A DNA stretch of 55,162 nucleotides, counting the filler, from Thelocarpon superellum (lineage: Eukaryota): assembly GCA_026025795.1 (NCBI GenBank). It is 2 parts of 2 records of this genome, joined end to end, with 100 filler letters (N's around TTAATTAATTAA, not from the genome) between each part and the next. Parts side by side here need not be neighbours in the genome. Positions count along the whole stretch, not along the records: positions 27,654 to 55,162 come from JAPEUG010000244.1; 1 more part is not named here. The stretch is one strand, 5' to 3'. A program made the translations under genes and the position numbers. Positions 50,260 through 55,162 of the stretch are shown here, piece after piece (position 1 is the stretch's first letter; the number at the start of each line of letters is the position of its first letter). The notes beneath the pieces were generated by a model. It was given only the letters and a program-made list of their open reading frames with translations. It searched no databases and was not told the DNA's origin.

Positions 50260-53200
50260 ATGTCGATGGCGGTACAGACCCCCCAACGGCCATTGCCCGG
50301 CACCTTTATCCAGACTCCCGCGGCCACGCGGCAGTCTTCTGGGATTGCGCCGCCTCAGTTCCGCCCCACCGCGTCAGCGTCCGTCCATACCACCGCGACC
50401 CCACCAACATCCTTTCCCCCGCAGCCACCCGCCACTACCGCTCCTCTACCGATCGCGGCGCCCGAGGCACTGACGCCGCTGCAGCGTGCGGCGCGAACGA
50501 TCAATGAGACCCTCAATCAGGAGCTGCGATACCCAGAGCTAGATAGCTACGTCGGACGTTCGCGCCCCTTCTTCCCACCAGGACCGTATTTCTGCTGACA
50601 GGACGATAGAGGGCACTTCATCCGACTATGATCTCCCCACCTCGTTGGCCTGGGCTCCCTTTCAAAAGGCCAAGATCTACGACATCCCGGACCGCGTCTT
50701 CGACCAATATAACCAAGCCCAAGTCTCGACCATGATGGGACTGTTCGCCGAACTCCACCATGCCTGGATCACCATCGACAACGCTCTCTACATGTGGGAC
50801 TATACCCTGCCAAATCCCGAGCTGATCGGCTTCGAGGATCAGCCCTACAACATCACCGCCGTGAAGCTGGCCAAGCCACGACCTGGCGTCTTCGTCTCCG
50901 CCATCTCGCACGTGCTGATAGTCGCCACCACGTCCGACCTGAATCTGATCGGTCTAAACTGCGACACCAATGCTGTTGGCAGTACTTCCATCTCCCTCTT
51001 TCAGACGCGCATGTCGCTATCCATCAAAGGCATGGACGTCAGTGCCATCGCTGCGTCGAACGCGACGGGGAGAGTCTTCTTCGCCGGAAACACCGACAAC
51101 GACGTTTATGAGCTTACGTATCAGCAAGAGGAGAAGTGGTTCCAGAACCGATGCGGGAAGATCAACCACACCACTAAGGGCTTTACCGCTCTGGCTCCAA
51201 CCTTCACCTTCGCACCGCGCTCCCCGGAACATCTCGTCCAGATGGTCATCGACGATACTCGCAACTTACTGTACACCCTCTCGTCTACGTCCACCATCCG
51301 CACCTTTCAGATGAAAGCCCCTAATAGCTTGGAGCTAGCTGTCGTCCAGCGACTCTCCGAGACTCTGTCTAATATCGCGCACATGCTTTCATCTACACCG
51401 CTGCTGTCGCCCGGCATGACCATCACGTCCATCAGTCCCATCTCATCCAAAGAGGCCCAGAAGCTCCACTTGATGGCCACCACCTCCACCGGCTGTCGGC
51501 TCTTCTACAGCGCGACGGCCTCATATGGCTACATGTCCAACAATGCTTCCGGCCGCTTGAGCATGCAGGTCCAGCATGTCAAATTTCCGCCACCAGAGGG
51601 TGGCCAGCGGACGGCGCAGCAGACCACCCCGATTTCCTCCGGTAAGCCTGGTCCGTTTCAGGGCACAGCAGTGGACACACAGTCCAGGGCCCTCTTACGT
51701 ACCCGACGCGCCTACCGTTTTGCCCCAGGCTACTTCCTCTGCTGCGTTCCGAAGGATGCTCAAGGCCAAACCGACATCGTATTTGCCTCGTCTCCCGATT
51801 CCGGCCGCATCGCGCGACCCCTCGACTCGTCGCAGATGGTGATGACGCGCTATCAAGAGACGGGCATCTGGCTGCCGGTGGACAGCCACGTGGAGGATGT
51901 GGGCTTGGTCTCGCCGGCCTTTGGCGCCGCACCGTCGCCGCTCGGCTTCGGCAACGAGCTGGCCGTGCAATTCGACCAGCCTGTCGCCGAGGTGGCCATC
52001 CTGACCAACACTGGAATTCACACCATCCGGCGTCGACGATTGGTCGACATCTTTGCCGCGGCCGTGCGACATGGTGGGACGGATGAGGGACTCGAGGCCG
52101 AGGTGCGCAAGTTCATTCGGCTGTATGGGCGAGGCGAGACGTCGGCGACGGCTCTCGCCGTGGCATGTGGGCAAGGCATGGACGTCAACCCCGATTCGCG
52201 CGTGGCCAAAATCACCGATCCGGATGTCTTGGAGTTTGCGCGAAAATCCTTCATCGACTTTGGTGGCAAGCCTATCCTGAACGAGAATTCCGTCGTCGAC
52301 CAAAATGTCCCCGCCATTGACAATGTTCGACCATCGCCGAGACACGAAGGCATCGCACTCTACGTCTCGCGTCTGGTTCGCTCCATCTGGAACTCGCCCG
52401 TCCTTCGCGAATCGCTCACCCCGCTTGGCGGCCTTGCCGTAAGCCCTACCGTCAGCCTCGCCAAGACCAAGGGCGTCCAAGACGACTTGATCAAGTTGCA
52501 AGAGTTCTTGAATGAGAACAAGAATTTCATCGACGGTCTGGCCGGTCCCGAGTCCCTCACTCGCGTGGCGACCAAGCAAGAAGAGATTGCGTTGCAGGCC
52601 GAACATCGTGCCTTGCACTCGCTCACCTTGCTCGTGGCGGACATCATCGAAGGCATCTCCTTTGTCCATGTCCTCTTTGACGAACGCGTCGACGAGATTG
52701 TTCTGTCGTTGCCTGATGCCTCGCGCCTGCAGGTCCGACAGTTGACTTTCGAAGGCCTCTTCGCCACGACGTCGGGCAAAGACCTGGCCAAGGAGCTCGT
52801 CAAAGCCATTGTCAATCGCAACATTGCAAACGGCTCCAACGTCGATACGGTCGCGGAAGCGCTGCGACGTCGCTGTAGCAGTTTCTGTAGTGCGGACGAC
52901 GTCGTCATCTTCAAAGCCCAAGAGCAACTCAAGAAAGCATCCGAAGCCGGGGGAACGTCGGATTTGGGTCGGCGACTGCTCAACGAAAGCCTGCGGCTTT
53001 TCCAGCAGGTGGCGGGTAGCTTGACGATGGAACATCTCAATGCCGCGGTGGAGCAGTACATCGGCATGGAGTACTATGCGGGTGGCATCCAACTGGCCTT
53101 GAGCATGGCCAAGGAAGGCGACCGCGGGAACAAGGCTCTGGCATGGGTCAATGACGGCCGACCGCCGTCGGACCCACGAGAAGCTGCATACAAGAAACGG

Positions 53201-54516
53201 ACCAAGATCTACGAGCTCATCCACCTCACCATTGTCAACGTGGACCAAGCTGCGCGGCAGACCCCGGAGATGGTTGACGGCAACTACACCTTAATGGCCA
53301 AGCGAAAGGCCGAAGCATACGCCGTCATCGACGAGTCGGACGACGAGGTCTTTCAGTATGACCTGTACGACTGGTACCTGGCTCGAGGATGGGACGATCG
53401 ACTGCTTGCCGTGCGCTCATCCTACGCCGCGACCTATCTGCAAGGAAAGGCCAGAGACAACGTGGCACATGCGGATCTGCTGTGGAAGTACTATGCCCAG
53501 GGTGAGCGCTACTTTGAAGCGGCGGGCGTGCAATGGCAGCTGGCCATCAGCGACTTTGATCTATCTTTGGAAAAGCGGATCGAGTATCTTAGCAAGGCCA
53601 AGGCGAACGCTTCTACCCATACGCCGGGTACGGGTCGACAAGCTCGCCAAGTGCTTCTCCATCAGATCTCGGACATGCTGGACATTGCCAACATCCAAGA
53701 CGATCTACTCACTCGGCTCAAGGCGGACAAGCGGATCCCTCCCGATCGCCGGGCTGAAGTGGTCAAGGAAGTGGATGGGAAAGTTCAGGGATTGAGCGAG
53801 GTATGGGCCGCGCTATGCTCCTCGGATGCCACTGACAGGCGATAGCTGTTCAACGGATACGCGGACCAGGCGAGCTACTTTGACATCTGCCTCCTCATCT
53901 ACCAAGCCGCCGATCACCACAACCCGCCCCACATCCGTGCGACGTGGAAGAGTCTGATTGAACAAACGCATCAACAAGCCGTGGAGAAGGGCGAATCCTT
54001 ACCGTACGAGTCCGTCGCCGAGACAATTCGCAGTATGGGAAGTCGACTGAACCTATCCGAGAGCACCTTTCCCATCCGTGAGTGTTCCCGCCCAGAAAGG
54101 GAAAGGCATCCCACTGACCCATTTCCGCGCCAGCGATCTTGCTCCCTCTCCTGGAGGCCTACGCCATCGAGTACCAACGAGCCGTCGGGCCTTCAACATG
54201 GGTCATCGACACGTTTCTCGCGCTGCTCGTGCCTTACGAGGCGCTCCTACCCGTACTCGAAGCCATCTTCTACAACGACGAGCCGCCGTTTACGGGGCGC
54301 AACCGGCGCTACATTGCCGAACACATCTACTACGTATGCGAGAAGTGGTTTGTGGAGGGCATCCGCAGCGGAAGCGGTCGCATCTTAGGCGGCGATGGCA
54401 ACGCGGCGGCCGTGACGAACTTGCTGGCTGTCGTGGGCGAGAGCGACGTCGGCGATGCTCGACGCGCGGCAGACTGGAGGGATTTGAGAGCCAGGATTGA
54501 ATCTTATTTGCGATGA
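50260..54516 (+). CDS. NUP170: Nucleoporin Nup157/170 (Nup155 family)
   Basis: TPQRPLPG, YPELDSY, MGLFAELHHAWITIDNALYMWDY, GFGNELAVQF, SPRHEGIALYVSRL, DLLWKYY and LEKRIEYLSKA. Three introns. Confidence 0.95.
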
Positions 54517-54564
54517 GGGGGAGCGAGGAGGTAGGGGACGACAGAGCCATGAGGGTCATTAGTC

Positions 54565-54607
54565 GTGTGTGTTTGTGTGTGTGTTTGTGTGTGTGTTTGT
54601 GTGTGTG
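54565..54607. repeat. Interrupted (GT)n microsatellite downstream of NUP170
   Basis: GTGTGTGTTT-type repeats read directly. Confidence 0.9.
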
Positions 54608-55162
54608 CCTGTGGAGGTGGTGGTGGTAGGTGCGGGCGATGATATCACGGCATGAGCCAGGCGTTGATGTTTCACCTGTACATGCGAACTACGCGAGCAA
54701 TACAGAACAAATGGTATGGTGAAACAAAGAGGGGAAGGGAGGAGAGGAGAGGAGGAGAGGAAAGGAAAGAGAAGAATATCATACTTGGGACCTTGAGACG
54801 TCTCTCTCTTCCGTACATTTCATGTCATGTCCTGTACTCGAGCTCCATCATCTAAGCGCGATCTTCATTCAGTTAGATCGGACCGCGTCAAGAGGGATGG
54901 AATCGGTGGTCCTTGGTTCATTCGTCTATTCTCAACCATCTCATTCGCAGCTCGTAGTCGGTCAATCATTCAATCAATCAATTCATCCGGTAAGCAAGCA
55001 GACAAGCACGTAAGTAAGCAGTTGAGAAATTAAAAGAACCGCCGCCATCGCAATCGCATGCTACACCAGTAAAAGGGAAGGAAGAAGAGACACCCACAGG
55101 AAGGGGTGGAGGGAAAAGACGGACGTGGAGAGGGGACTGGAGGGAAGCCTCACTAAGAGGCC

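Noticed and set aside
51695..53248. 517-aa minus-strand ORF
   Set aside because: Antisense shadow of the GC-rich NUP170 coding sequence.

Overview
Filamentous ascomycete (Pezizomycotina-type) genomic DNA with intron-rich genes. Two contigs are joined by an artificial N-TTAATTAATTAA-N spacer at 27554-27653, so the two sides may not be neighbours. Left contig: a Zn-independent enoyl-reductase/MDR gene, an intact but shortened ferrichrome-type siderophore NRPS with only two A domains (A-T-C-A-T-C-T-C-T-C), AGM1/PCM1, and a 12-kb Ty3/Gypsy LTR retrotransposon inserted in the short divergent promoter between AGM1 and RIB5. The element has three LTRs (an internal 3.2-kb tandem duplication), a 4-bp TSD (GCGG), gag-protease and RT-RNaseH-integrase in different frames, and heavy CpG-focused C>T mutation that seems to spare TCG/CGA contexts. 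Most notably, it has an extra ORF between pol and the 3' LTR whose N-terminus reads as a DnaJ/J-domain with an HPD motif. Right contig: mostly housekeeping genes (PUP2, GCP2/SPC97, KRR1, a LaeA-like methyltransferase, AIM41, an F-box gene, GAL7, ERG28, IFA38, NUP170), plus two unassigned secreted-protein genes and an Arg/Ser-rich ORF. All gene models and alignments were made by eye; no database searches were run.
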